Shown: in pieces, positions 16,978 to 26,171 of the stretch | How positions within the stretch are numbered: the stretch's first letter is position 1 | Layout: each line of letters opens with the position of its first letter | Origin: a virus | Lineage: Duplodnaviria > Heunggongvirae > Uroviricota > Caudoviricetes | Virus record (IMG/VR): IMGVR_UViG_2909309443_000009 | DNA length: 26,385 nt | Direction: 5' to 3' (one strand) | The notes under the pieces: generated by a model | Seen by the model: the letters and a program-made list of their open reading frames with translations, nothing else | Database searches by the model: none | Told to the model about the DNA's origin: nothing | Program-made: the position numbers and the translations under genes

Positions 16978-17316
16978 CTATTTCCCTGAATTTACGACGA
17001 AACTGTTCGAGCGGACTGAAGCACTCATGCTCATAGCCTTCGCGGAGGTAGATAACCCGTTGTGTTTCCGGTTCCCAACGAATGACTCTGACGGGCACTC
17101 CGTAGTGATCTTTGAACCAGCGGTTAACTTGTCGCAAAGGACTGTCTCCTTCTGCCGGTTGAAATCACCCACAGCCCACTCTGCAAAGCTGTGGGTTACA
17201 ATTTCCCTGTCACCTGGTACATTTACTGCATAGCAATACTCCACCTTCGCTTTTCCACCCGGTACAGGAAGCGCAATCAGTTGCGAGCGACGGTAGTGTG
17301 TTGTTAAACTGTTCAT
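16978..17316 (-). CDS. Hypothetical prophage protein
   Basis: 112-aa ORF whose start overlaps the stop of the CII-like gene (ATGA), consistent with a coupled operon. Confidence 0.4.
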   Translation of the reverse strand: MNSLTTHYRRSQLIALPVPGGKAKVEYCYAVNVPGDREIVTHSFAEWAVGDFNRQKETVLCDKLTAGSKITTECPSESFVGNRKHNGLSTSAKAMSMSASVRSNSFVVNSGK

Positions 17317-17864
17317 GCGTTAGTTTCTCCACAGTCACGACACGCCACGGCGCCCGGAGCTGCACACTCGCGGGCGTCATTACTTTCTGAAATGCAAAAG
17401 ATTTTGTAGACCAGTGCTGCATGCTCCTGCAGCTTCGAAATTGAGAGATATAGCTCGTCGTTAATTGCAGTTTTCTCATGCGGTTCCACTACACCGTCTT
17501 CGATTGCTGAACGAATCTGTTTTGAATAACTGCCGATCTGTTCAATGACCTCCAGCAGGCGTTGGTTGATATCGGCGTTGTCCACATCCTCGACATCAGG
17601 AAGAGACACAAAGACGCCATTTGCAGACTGCGCCACAGCGTCAGCAATGAAGTGAGTTCCACCAGCACGTTGCAAAATCATTGCCCATCCCAGCGGGAAA
17701 ATCTGATCGCCATCGGCACGAAGGCGGTTAAATAATGCGTTCTCTGTTACATCCAGCCAGTCAGCAGCTTCAGCGTACCCCCCCGGCAACGCTGCGATAG
17801 TTTTTCTGACAGCTTTCACGTACCACTCAGGCTGTTTTTCTACTTTCCAGTGATGCTTACCCAC
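17313..17864 (-). CDS. CII-like / YdaT-family prophage regulatory protein
   Basis: 183-aa ORF immediately downstream of cro in the early-right operon; family assignment by position and general resemblance only. Confidence 0.45.
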   Translation of the reverse strand: MGKHHWKVEKQPEWYVKAVRKTIAALPGGYAEAADWLDVTENALFNRLRADGDQIFPLGWAMILQRAGGTHFIADAVAQSANGVFVSLPDVEDVDNADINQRLLEVIEQIGSYSKQIRSAIEDGVVEPHEKTAINDELYLSISKLQEHAALVYKIFCISESNDARECAAPGAVACRDCGETNA

Positions 17865-18117
17865 GGTTCACCTCCTGTTCCTGTGGTTTAAACCCATTCT
17901 GGTTTTGGCTAGATTGAAAACGTGCCGGATAAAGAATCTGCATTTCGCTGACTTCACCCTTAAAAAAATTGGCTAAACGTTCTGCAAGCTCGATAGATGG
18001 AATCTGCTCCAGCCTCTCAATACGACTCAACGTCGCTGGATTGACTTGAACACCCGCAGCAACATGCTGCAAAGTGAAACCATGCGCCTTACGCACATTT
18101 CGTAATGGTGATTGCAT
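17857..18117 (-). CDS. cro: Cro-like HTH (XRE-family) regulator
   Basis: 86 aa, HTH GFTLQHVAAGVQVNPATLSRIERLEQ; divergent from the cI-type repressor across an operator region. Confidence 0.7.
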   Translation of the reverse strand: MQSPLRNVRKAHGFTLQHVAAGVQVNPATLSRIERLEQIPSIELAERLANFFKGEVSEMQILYPARFQSSQNQNGFKPQEQEVNRG

Positions 18118-18214
18118 ACGCCCTCCAAATATTGCGCGTTATGCATGTTATTTCACGCAATTATTTTGCGCAAGTTGATTTGCTTATCACGCAATAAAGA
18201 AATGTAATAAACGC
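18118..18214. promoter_or_regulatory. Divergent immunity promoter/operator region (OR-like) between cro and cI
   Basis: Repeated TCACGCAAT / TTGCGC(A/G) motifs (18132-18137, 18153-18161, 18166-18171, 18187-18196) in the 97-bp gap between divergent HTH regulator genes. Confidence 0.5.
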
Positions 18215-18907
18215 ATGAACATAGGAAACCGAGTCAGACAACTTCGCCAAGCGAAGAACATGAAAATCGCCGATCTCGCTGAAGCGATAGGAGTAGATGC
18301 GGCGAACATCTCGCGCTTAGAAACGGGTAAGCAAAAACAATTTACCGAACAAACACTGAGTAATATTGCCAAGAGCTTAGGTGTTGATATTGCTGATCTC
18401 TTTACCTCTGCCCACAAAAGTAATACTGTATATAAAAACAGTAATAATGAGGATGTTGCGCAGGTGAAGGATGTGTTCCGTATTGAAATGCTGGATATCA
18501 GTGCCAGTGCGGGAAATGGCCTTATCCAGGGCGGTGATGTCATTGATGTGATTCATGCCATCGAATACAGAACTGATAATGCTGTATCAATGTTCGGCGG
18601 ACGACCAGCCAATCACATCAAAGTTATCAACGTTCGTGGGGACAGTATGTGTCCAACCATTGAGCCCGGAGATCTCATCTTCGTTGATGTCAGCATCAAT
18701 CAGTTTGATGGTGATGGTATATATGTCTTTGGTTTTGATGACAAAATATACGTTAAAAGACTTCAAATGATTCCTGACAAACTGCTGGTGATTTCTGATA
18801 ACCAGATTTACCGTGAATGGGGAATTACTAGCGAAAACGAACACCGATTCATGGTCTTTGGAAAGGTCTTAATCAGTCAGTCGCAAACCCTTAAGAGACA
18901 TAATTAA
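18215..18907 (+). CDS. cI-type prophage repressor (XRE HTH + S24 LexA-like peptidase domain)
   Basis: N-terminal HTH (MKIADLAEAIGVDAANISRLETGKQ) and C-terminal S24 domain (INVRGDSMCPTIEPGDLIFVD ... KRL). Confidence 0.85.
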   Translation: MNIGNRVRQLRQAKNMKIADLAEAIGVDAANISRLETGKQKQFTEQTLSNIAKSLGVDIADLFTSAHKSNTVYKNSNNEDVAQVKDVFRIEMLDISASAGNGLIQGGDVIDVIHAIEYRTDNAVSMFGGRPANHIKVINVRGDSMCPTIEPGDLIFVDVSINQFDGDGIYVFGFDDKIYVKRLQMIPDKLLVISDNQIYREWGITSENEHRFMVFGKVLISQSQTLKRHN

Positions 18908-18927
18908 CCTCAATATCCCATCCATCG

Positions 18928-18948
18928 GCCACCGAAAGGTGGCTTTTT
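18928..18948 (+). terminator. Rho-independent terminator downstream of the repressor gene
   Basis: GCCACC-GAAA-GGTGGC hairpin followed by TTTTT. Confidence 0.65.
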
Positions 18949-18961
18949 ATTACCTATAAAT

Positions 18962-19001
18962 TTGCATATCTCGCAAATATCACTTGCATGTCTCGCAATT
19001 T
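18962..19001. promoter_or_regulatory. Two 17-bp direct repeats (TTGCATATCTCGCAAAT / TTGCATGTCTCGCAATT): OL-like operator candidates
   Basis: Share the core CTCGCAA(T/A) with the OR repeats (TCACGCAAT); located downstream of cI, upstream of the rightward (pL-like) genes. Confidence 0.4.
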
Positions 19002-19184
19002 AATTTTATCTTTTGTTCCAGACCAACTACAGGATTACAACAAAATCTGGTTGCAACACGGTGCATGTGTCGTAAGCAGTCAGTAAATGTCAAAAACGAA
19101 CAGGCAGGACGCCCACGAAGTAGCCGCCTGGGGCATATGAAGTCCAGGATGATTCGTTGAGTCATGTTGTGCCACTAGGCACTC

Positions 19185-19481
19185 ATGTTAAAGCAGGTGT
19201 ATGAAATGAAAGTCCAGATTTTAAACAATAACTGTGAAGTCGTTTGGTCATACGACATAGCCGCCCCTGTAGATCAGAGCGGCGATAGCTGGACCAATGG
19301 GAAACATCAGATTATGGCTGGAGTTGTGTTCTCTTTACGCCGTGCTTTGGAACAGGCTGAAGTATTTCCATCAGACCCTGAATGGAAATGGCCTTTTTCT
19401 ATTTGTCCAAATTCGGAGAGCACATTTCAGAAAATTGGTCAGAAAGTCGCACTCGAAGAGCATCAGCCAACTGTTTCCTGA
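19185..19481 (+). CDS. Hypothetical prophage early-left protein
   Basis: 98-aa ORF with RBS (GCAGGTG) before ATG; no recognisable motif. Confidence 0.35.
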   Translation: MLKQVYEMKVQILNNNCEVVWSYDIAAPVDQSGDSWTNGKHQIMAGVVFSLRRALEQAEVFPSDPEWKWPFSICPNSESTFQKIGQKVALEEHQPTVS

Positions 19482-19644
19482 TTTTTTCAGGTAACTCGTC
19501 GGCATCGCAGAAACAACAACGCTCGATCATGTTGAAAGCCGATTCGTAGAACTGTTTCTGCTGAGTGTCGCTGAGACAGGAAAAGAGCGACGTTACGATG
19601 ATTTTATTAATTGCATTATCAAGTTCTTTTTCATCAAAAGTCAT
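19399..19644 (-). CDS. Hypothetical small protein (81 aa)
   Basis: Good RBS (AAAAGGAAAATC-ATG) on the minus strand; Cys-containing; overlaps the 3' end of 19185-19481. Confidence 0.4.
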   Translation of the reverse strand: MTFDEKELDNAINKIIVTSLFSCLSDTQQKQFYESAFNMIERCCFCDADELPEKIRKQLADALRVRLSDQFSEMCSPNLDK

Positions 19645-19897
19645 TTGATTTTCCTTTTATGTATACGGGCTTAAAAGGATACCACCGAGCCTGAAGTGGT
19701 GAAAAGACAGGCACATAACAGCTAAGTATTTTCAACCAAAGAGAATCCTTAGCGTTGTGGTGAATGCGGCTCAGCGCACGCGGGTTAAGGTTGAGGCTGA
19801 CAGTCGACCTTCTGTGGATACCCACCCGTCTGGTGTGCAACCTTCGCCAGGCACCGGGAGGCACCCGGCACCACAACTTTATGCTGTGTGTAGTCCT

Positions 19898-19944
19898 GGC
19901 GGTACCAGTTTGTACCCTTGCTTCCGGCTGGTACCGTCCTTTTT
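19898..19944 (+). terminator. Rho-independent terminator-like hairpin within a GC-rich structured region
   Basis: GGCGGTACCAG ... CTGGTACCGTC 11-bp stem followed by CTTTTT. Confidence 0.5.
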
Positions 19945-20081
19945 ACAAAACAGAGAAGAGCATCACCGGACGACGGGCTCATAACCCAATCCATCCGGGC
20001 GGCTGCCACCGCAGGTGTTCTTCTCTGTTTTGTGGAGAAACTAATCGGCCTTGCAGGGTCGATATGATGAGGAGCAGCAAA

Positions 20082-20444
20082 ATGGCTAGCGAACGCAGTA
20101 CTGATGTGCAGGCATTTATCGGGGAGCTGGACGGCGGCGTATTTGAAACCAAAATCGGCGCAGTTCTCAGTGAAGTCGCTTCCGGTGTGATGAACACGAA
20201 AACCAAAGGTAAGGTCTCACTCAACCTGGAAATCGAACCATTTGATGAGAACCGTGTGAAAATCAAACACAAACTCTCATATGTTCGCCCGACTAACCGC
20301 GGGAAAATTTCCGAAGAAGACACCACCGAAACGCCGATGTATGTCAATCGCGGTGGTCGCCTGACTATTCTGCAGGAAGACCAGGGACAATTACTGACTC
20401 TTGCCGGTGAACCTGACGGAAAACTCCGCGCAGCAGGTCATTAA
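20082..20444 (+). CDS. Hypothetical prophage protein (120 aa)
   Basis: ATG at 20082 preceded by RBS GAGGAG; the longer ORF-track extension upstream crosses a structured non-coding region and is probably spurious. Confidence 0.5.
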   Translation: MASERSTDVQAFIGELDGGVFETKIGAVLSEVASGVMNTKTKGKVSLNLEIEPFDENRVKIKHKLSYVRPTNRGKISEEDTTETPMYVNRGGRLTILQEDQGQLLTLAGEPDGKLRAAGH

Positions 20445-20509
20445 TATCGTTCTTAATTAACTGATTATTTATCTCATCACTGAATATCTTTATATAGTGA
20501 GGACTTATT

Positions 20510-21334
20510 ATGTCTCAGAACTTAGACGCAACCGCAATTAATCAAATCCATGCCCTTATTTCTGCTCAGGGTGTTAATGAAATTATCAGTAAGATTGGTG
20601 CCGATGCTGTGGCATTGCCTGAGAATTTCCGCATTCATGATCTGGAAAAATTTAATTTAAATCGCTTCCGTTTCCGTGGTGCGCTTTCCACTGCCAGCAT
20701 CGATGACTTTACCCGTTATTCTAAAGATCTTGCAGATGAAGGCACCCGCTGCTTTATCGATGCTGATAATATGCGTGCCGTCAGTGTGCTTAACCTGGGT
20801 ACTATTGATGAACCAGGTCACGCAGATAACACCGCCACTCTCAAACTGAAAAAGACAGCACCGTTCTCTGCTCTGTTGTCTGTTAATGGCGAGCGTAACT
20901 CCCAGAAATCACTGGCAGAATGGATTGAAGACTGGGCCGACTACCTTGTGGGCTTTGATGCTAATGGTGACACCATTCAGGCAACAAAAGCGGCTGCGGC
21001 GGTCCGTAAAATCACGATTGAAGCAAACCAGACCGCTGATTTTGAAGATAATGACTTCAGCGGCAAACGCTCCCTGATGGAGTCTGTCGAAGCGAAGACC
21101 AAAGACATTATGCCAGTGGCATTTGAATTTAAATGCATTCCGTTTGAAGGTCTGAAAGAACGTCCGTTTAAATTACGCCTCAGCATTATCACTGGCGATC
21201 GTCCGGTACTGGTTCTGCGCATTATTCAGCTGGAGGCGGTGCAGGAAGAAATGGCTAACGAATTTCGTGATCTGCTTGTTGAGAAATTCAAGGACAGCAA
21301 AGTAGAAACCTTTATTGGTACTTTCACCGCCTGA
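20510..21334 (+). CDS. YfdQ-like (DUF2303-type) prophage protein
   Basis: 274 aa; length and gene order (followed by 178-, 120- and 101-aa genes) match my recollection of the yfdQRST block of E. coli CPS-53-type prophages. Confidence 0.5.
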   Translation: MSQNLDATAINQIHALISAQGVNEIISKIGADAVALPENFRIHDLEKFNLNRFRFRGALSTASIDDFTRYSKDLADEGTRCFIDADNMRAVSVLNLGTIDEPGHADNTATLKLKKTAPFSALLSVNGERNSQKSLAEWIEDWADYLVGFDANGDTIQATKAAAAVRKITIEANQTADFEDNDFSGKRSLMESVEAKTKDIMPVAFEFKCIPFEGLKERPFKLRLSIITGDRPVLVLRIIQLEAVQEEMANEFRDLLVEKFKDSKVETFIGTFTA

Positions 21335-21461
21335 TTTCATTACTGCAAATGCCCCTGCGGGGGCATTTATGGAAACGTAATTTACTCAATAATCGCCGGA
21401 TGGTGAGGGATTCTTTTTACCAGAATTCAGCGCGGTGCAGCGCATATACGTGGAGAACAAA

Positions 21462-21998
21462 ATGTCATTTATTAAAACTTTTTCCGGGAAGCATTTTTAT
21501 TATGACAGGATAAATAAAGACGACATCGATATTAACGATATCGCGGTTTCCCTTTCAAATATCTGTCGCTTTGCCGGTCATCTTTCGCACTTCTACAGCG
21601 TCGCCCAACATGCGGTTCTTTGCAGCCAGCTGGTGCCGCAGGAATTTGCTTTTGAAGCGTTAATGCATGATGCAACAGAAGCGTATTGCCAGGACATTCC
21701 CGCACCACTGAAACGCCTTCTTCCTGACTATAAACAAATGGAAGAAAAAATAGACTCCGTAATCCGTGAGAAATACGGATTACCCCCAGTTATGAGTACG
21801 CCCGTGAAATATGCCGATCTCATCATGCTGGCAACCGAACGCCGCGATCTCGGGCTTGATGATGGCTCTTTCTGGCCTGTACTGGAAGGTATCCCGGCAA
21901 CAGAGATGTTCAACGTGATTCCACTGGCACCGGGCCATGCCTACGGGATGTTTATGGAACGCTTTAACGAGTTATCGGAGTTACGCAAATGCGCATGA
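21462..21998 (+). CDS. HD-domain phosphohydrolase (YfdR-like 5'-deoxynucleotidase)
   Basis: HD motif (HFYSVAQHAV ... LMHDATEAY); ATG at 21462 with RBS GGAG; 178 aa. Confidence 0.65.
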   Translation: MSFIKTFSGKHFYYDRINKDDIDINDIAVSLSNICRFAGHLSHFYSVAQHAVLCSQLVPQEFAFEALMHDATEAYCQDIPAPLKRLLPDYKQMEEKIDSVIREKYGLPPVMSTPVKYADLIMLATERRDLGLDDGSFWPVLEGIPATEMFNVIPLAPGHAYGMFMERFNELSELRKCA

Positions 21999-22351
21999 AT
22001 GTTTTCGAAATGGAAGGGTTTCTTCGTGGGAGATGTGTACCGCGAGATCTGAAAGTAAATGAAACAGATGCTGAATACCTGGTGCGTAAATTCGATGCGC
22101 TTGAAGCTAAATGTGCAGCACAGGAAAACAAAGTAATACCAGTGTCAACTGAACTGCCACCAGCAAATGAAAGTGTTTTGTTATTCGATGCTAACGGAGA
22201 AGGCTGGCTAATTGGCTGGCGTTCTCTCTGGTACACCTGGGGACAAAAAGAAACCGGAGAATGGCAGTGGACATTTCAGGTCGGGGACCTTGAAAACGTC
22301 AATATCACTCACTGGGCAGTAATGCCAAAAGCACCGGAGGCTGGAGCATAA
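21989..22351 (+). CDS. Hypothetical prophage protein (YfdS-like)
   Basis: 120-aa ORF, overlapping coupling with neighbours. Confidence 0.45.
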   Translation: MRMNVFEMEGFLRGRCVPRDLKVNETDAEYLVRKFDALEAKCAAQENKVIPVSTELPPANESVLLFDANGEGWLIGWRSLWYTWGQKETGEWQWTFQVGDLENVNITHWAVMPKAPEAGA

Positions 22352-22656
22352 TGACCACTTTTACCGACAAAGAACTGATTAAAGAAATTAAAGAGCGTAT
22401 CAGCAGCCTTGACGTGCGAGACGATATTGAGCGCCGTGCTTATGAAATCGCACTCCTATCTCTGGAAGTAGAACCAGATGAACGCGAAGCTTATGAATTA
22501 TTCATGGAAAAGCGTTTCGGTGACTTAGTAGATCGTCGGAGAGCAAAAAACGGCGATAACGAATACATGGAATGGGATATGACTCTCGGTTGGATCGTCT
22601 GGCAGCAACGAGCTGGTATCCATTTTTCAACAATGTCACAGCAAGAGGTGAAATAA
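22351..22656 (+). CDS. Hypothetical prophage protein (YfdT-like)
   Basis: 101-aa ORF; stop overlaps the xis start (TAATG). Confidence 0.45.
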   Translation: MTTFTDKELIKEIKERISSLDVRDDIERRAYEIALLSLEVEPDEREAYELFMEKRFGDLVDRRRAKNGDNEYMEWDMTLGWIVWQQRAGIHFSTMSQQEVK

Positions 22657-23006
22657 TGGAGCCATACAGCCTCACACTCGATGAGGCCTGTCATTTTCTC
22701 AAGATATCCAGACCGACTGCCATTAACTGGATACGCACAGGGCGTCTTCAGGCAACACGCAAAGATCCCACTAAGAATAAATCTCCTTACCTCACAACAC
22801 GACAAGCCTGCATTGCGGCTCTTCAGTCTCCGCTGCATACTGTCCAGGTGAGCGCGGGTGATGGCATAACAGAGGAAAGAAAATGTCACTCTTCCGCAGA
22901 GGTGAAATATGGTACGCCAGTTTCACATTGCCGAACGGTAAAAGATTTAAACAGTCTCTTGGAACAAAGGACAAAAGGCAGGCGACAGAACTCCATGACA
23001 AGCTAA
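22656..23006 (+). CDS. xis: Excisionase (AlpA/Xis-type HTH); 3' extent uncertain
   Basis: [36 protein letters not shown] typical of excisionases; RBS GAGGTG; in-frame ORF runs to 23006, overlapping the int start at 22883. Confidence 0.5.
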   Translation: MEPYSLTLDEACHFLKISRPTAINWIRTGRLQATRKDPTKNKSPYLTTRQACIAALQSPLHTVQVSAGDGITEERKCHSSAEVKYGTPVSHCRTVKDLNSLLEQRTKGRRQNSMTS

Positions 23007-24046
23007 AGGCTGAAGCATGGCGGGTCAGCAAACTTGGTGAAATACCTGATATAACGTTCGAGGAAGCGTGTGTCAGGTGGCTTGAAGAGAAAGCACATAA
23101 AAAATCACTGGACGATGACAAAAGCCGGATCGGATTCTGGCTTCAACATTTCGCAGGAATGCAACTAAGAGACATTACTGAATCAAAAATTTATTCAGCA
23201 ATGCAGAAAATGACGAACCGGCGTCATGAGGAAAACTGGAAACTCAGGGCAGAAGCATGCAGAAAAAAAGGGAAACCTGTTCCAGAATACACGCCAAAAC
23301 CAGCGTCCGTTGCAACGAAGGCTACGCATCTTTCATTTATAAAGGCCCTACTAAGAGCCGCAGAGCGTGAATGGAAAATGCTGGATAAGGCACCAATTAT
23401 TAAAGTGCCTCAACCAAAGAATAAACGGATCCGCTGGCTGGAGCCCCATGAAGCACAAAGGCTGATTGATGAATGTCCGGAGCCATTAAAGTCTGTTGTT
23501 GAATTTGCACTGGCAACAGGCTTAAGACGCTCGAACATCATCAACCTTGAATGGCAACAAATAGATATGCAGCGCCGGGTGGCATGGATAAACCCGGAAG
23601 AGAGTAAATCAAACCGCGCAATCGGCGTTGCGCTGAATGATACTGCATGTCGCGTTTTGAAAAAACAAATCGGGAATCATCACCGTTGGGTATTTGTGTA
23701 CAAGGAAAGCTGTACCAAACCAGACGGAACGAAAGCGCCAACAGTAAGGAAGATGCGGTATGACGCAAACACAGCCTGGAAAGCAGCGCTGAGACGGGCT
23801 GGTATTGATGATTTCAGATTTCACGACTTGAGACACACCTGGGCAAGTTGGCTGGTTCAAGCCGGAGTCCCGTTGTCAGTGTTACAGGAAATGGGAGGCT
23901 GGGAGTCTATCGAAATGGTTCGTCGATATGCTCACCTTGCACCTAATCACCTTACCGAACACGCACGGCAAATAGACTCGATCCTGAACCCATCGGTCCC
24001 AAATTCGTCCCAGTCAAAAAATAAGGAAGGTACTAATGATGTGTAA
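22883..24046 (+). CDS. int: Lambdoid tyrosine integrase (intact)
   Basis: 387 aa; RBS AGGAAAG; catalytic R...HxxR...Y motifs ([24 protein letters not shown]); ends 14 bp before the att core. Confidence 0.9.
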   Translation: MSLFRRGEIWYASFTLPNGKRFKQSLGTKDKRQATELHDKLKAEAWRVSKLGEIPDITFEEACVRWLEEKAHKKSLDDDKSRIGFWLQHFAGMQLRDITESKIYSAMQKMTNRRHEENWKLRAEACRKKGKPVPEYTPKPASVATKATHLSFIKALLRAAEREWKMLDKAPIIKVPQPKNKRIRWLEPHEAQRLIDECPEPLKSVVEFALATGLRRSNIINLEWQQIDMQRRVAWINPEESKSNRAIGVALNDTACRVLKKQIGNHHRWVFVYKESCTKPDGTKAPTVRKMRYDANTAWKAALRRAGIDDFRFHDLRHTWASWLVQAGVPLSVLQEMGGWESIEMVRRYAHLAPNHLTEHARQIDSILNPSVPNSSQSKNKEGTNDV

Positions 24047-24060
24047 CTTATTGATTTAAA

Positions 24061-24109
24061 TGGTGCCGATAATAGGAGTCGAACCTACGACCTTCGCATT
24101 ACGAATGCG
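24061..24109 (-). other. 3' 49-nt fragment of tRNA-Thr (thrW-like) in inverted orientation: second att core
   Basis: TGGTGCCGATAATAGGAGTCGAACCTACGACCTTCGCATTACGAATGCG; the 14-bp spacer to the integrase stop (CTTATTGATTTAAA) is identical to the spacer at 10796-10809. Confidence 0.75.
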
Positions 24110-24197
24110 TAAATTGATCTTGTAAAATCAATACCTATCGAATTTAAATGGATTTTTTGCCACAATATTGCCACAGTTCGTTAGGAATCAGACAGAA

Positions 24198-25271
24198 ATG
24201 GCGACTATACGCAAACGTGGTAACTACCAATGGGAAGCTCAAATCCGTAAACGTGGTTTTCCCTCTCAAACCAAAACCTTTAACACCAAAGTAGAAGCAG
24301 AAGCTTGGGCCAAAATGATCGAGTCAGAAATGGCGAGAGGAGTTTGGCTTAGCCGCAGCGAAGCGGAATCTACGACATTGTATGAAGCCCTAACGCGATA
24401 TGAAAAAGAGATTGTTCCCGACAAAAAAGGGGCAGTGCAAGACCGATCATTGGTGCGGATACTAAAAGGCACTCAGCTGGCGAAAAACTATATGGCCAGC
24501 ATCAGGAGTGCCGATGTCGCCAAGCTGAGAGATGAATGGTTGAAAATCTATGCTCCTGCAACCGTTTTAAGGCGTTTGGCCTTACTTTCTCATGTATTCA
24601 ATGTTTCGCGGAAAGAATGGGGCATGGAGAGCCTGCTGAACCCCGTAGAGGCCATTCGTAAACCCCAACCCAAGAACTCCAGGACCAGACGCCTAGAAGC
24701 GCTGCCTGTAGTTTCTGAGAAAACCGGTGTTACGTCAGGAAAGCAAATAGCCAACGAGATCGAACATATCATCGCCGCAACACATTCATTAGTATTGCCA
24801 GCAATCATTCTTCTGGCGTTAGAGACAGCCATGCGCCGTAGCGAAATCGCAGAGCTTCGATGGCGCTTTATCGATCTTGATCGGCGAGTTGCACATCTGC
24901 CGGATACTAAGAATGGTAATGCCCGCGATGTCCCTTTATCAACGAAAGCCATTACGATACTGTCCAGTCTCAAGGAACATTCTAAGCCAGCTGCTGATAA
25001 GGTTTTTGATATGCGTGCAGACGCGATTACCCGAGCTTTTGACCGAGCTGTAAAACGAGCCAGAGAACGATACGAGAAAACAAACTCATTATGTGATGAA
25101 TCTTTCCTTAAAGATTTAAGATTTCATGACCTTCGACATGAAGCAACTTCTCGACTTGCTGAAATTTTCCCTATGCATGAACTAACCAAAATTACAGGAC
25201 ATAAAGATCCAAGAATGCTAATGCGGTATTATCATCCAAAAGCTGAAGATTTGGCGTTAAAGTTGAAATAA
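24198..25271 (+). CDS. Tyrosine site-specific recombinase / island integrase (second family)
   Basis: MATIRKRGNYQWEAQIRKRGF N-terminus typical of island integrases; catalytic LRFHDLRHEATSRL and MRYYH; ATG 24198 with RBS AGGA. Confidence 0.8.
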   Translation: MATIRKRGNYQWEAQIRKRGFPSQTKTFNTKVEAEAWAKMIESEMARGVWLSRSEAESTTLYEALTRYEKEIVPDKKGAVQDRSLVRILKGTQLAKNYMASIRSADVAKLRDEWLKIYAPATVLRRLALLSHVFNVSRKEWGMESLLNPVEAIRKPQPKNSRTRRLEALPVVSEKTGVTSGKQIANEIEHIIAATHSLVLPAIILLALETAMRRSEIAELRWRFIDLDRRVAHLPDTKNGNARDVPLSTKAITILSSLKEHSKPAADKVFDMRADAITRAFDRAVKRARERYEKTNSLCDESFLKDLRFHDLRHEATSRLAEIFPMHELTKITGHKDPRMLMRYYHPKAEDLALKLK

Positions 25272-25280
25272 GGACGTTGT

Positions 25281-26171
25281 ATGGATTATAAAAATAAGTT
25301 AGTTGATGCATCACCAAAATTAAACAACCCTCAACTATTGGCTATAATATACTTAATACCTTTTGGATACTTGATTGTAGAAAACCCATTATGGCTAGAA
25401 AATATATACATTGCCGCTCCAATTTTCCTATCATCTATAGCTTTATTAACCAGTGTATACATAGGATATCGTGATTTATTAAATAAAGTATTTAATAATG
25501 CAGTAGTTAAATGGGGCGTAACTGGCTTTACATATTCCGTATGCTTATGGATCGCAAAGTTTAAGCTTGACATAGCTTATGGTATAGTCCCAGAAAACCT
25601 TAATTACTCGACATTAGCTTATGCTTTCATGCTCTCATTTCCAATAGGGGCAATGATTTGTGCAATTACAGTCTATATATACATATTTTTGCGAGATGTA
25701 TCCCCAGCAAAAATAGTAATATCCTCTATGATTTCAGTATATATTGGAAGCTTGGCTCAACATCATATACAGATGAACAATCTTCCTGAAAAAATAATAT
25801 TAATAGGACTTATAATTATGGTCCCCTATAACATGGTCAATTTAGCTAGTTCATTAGTTATTAAAAGGAAATTTAATTTTAATCGTTTAGTATCAGGCTT
25901 ATCCCTTTTTGCTGTGTCAGTTGCTCTTTTTATTATTAGCATGACAGCAATGAAATACATTGAAAGATTTCAAGAAAAGTTTATTTTTCTCGATGCAAGA
26001 ACATCTACGACATGTGGTAGCTCAGAAAGCAAATCTCTTTATATTGAAAAAAATGAAAATCAGTGTTATAAAATATCAGGAAATAAATTCTCGGAGTTAA
26101 GACTAACTCTTGTAGATAAAAACATCTTGAATATAAATAATAAAGGCACTTCAACTTATGAACAAAAATAA
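25281..26171 (+). CDS. AT-rich polytopic membrane protein (about 7 predicted TM helices), unknown function
   Basis: 296 aa with multiple ~20-residue hydrophobic stretches; strongly AT-rich; immediately downstream of the integrase. Confidence 0.5.
   Translation: MDYKNKLVDASPKLNNPQLLAIIYLIPFGYLIVENPLWLENIYIAAPIFLSSIALLTSVYIGYRDLLNKVFNNAVVKWGVTGFTYSVCLWIAKFKLDIAYGIVPENLNYSTLAYAFMLSFPIGAMICAITVYIYIFLRDVSPAKIVISSMISVYIGSLAQHHIQMNNLPEKIILIGLIIMVPYNMVNLASSLVIKRKFNFNRLVSGLSLFAVSVALFIISMTAMKYIERFQEKFIFLDARTSTTCGSSESKSLYIEKNENQCYKISGNKFSELRLTLVDKNILNINNKGTSTYEQK

Noticed and set aside
18187-18543. 118-aa ORF on the minus strand
   Set aside because: Antisense to the well-supported cI-type repressor gene.
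19650-20065. Retron (msr/msd) interpretation of the structured region
   Set aside because: No reverse transcriptase gene anywhere in the window.
19634-20081. Long ORF 19764-20444 N-terminal extension and overlapping ORFs 19634-19876, 19757-19984, 19785-20009
   Set aside because: They cross the GC-rich hairpin region, have implausible composition and no RBS; the real gene most likely starts at ATG 20082 with RBS GAGGAG.
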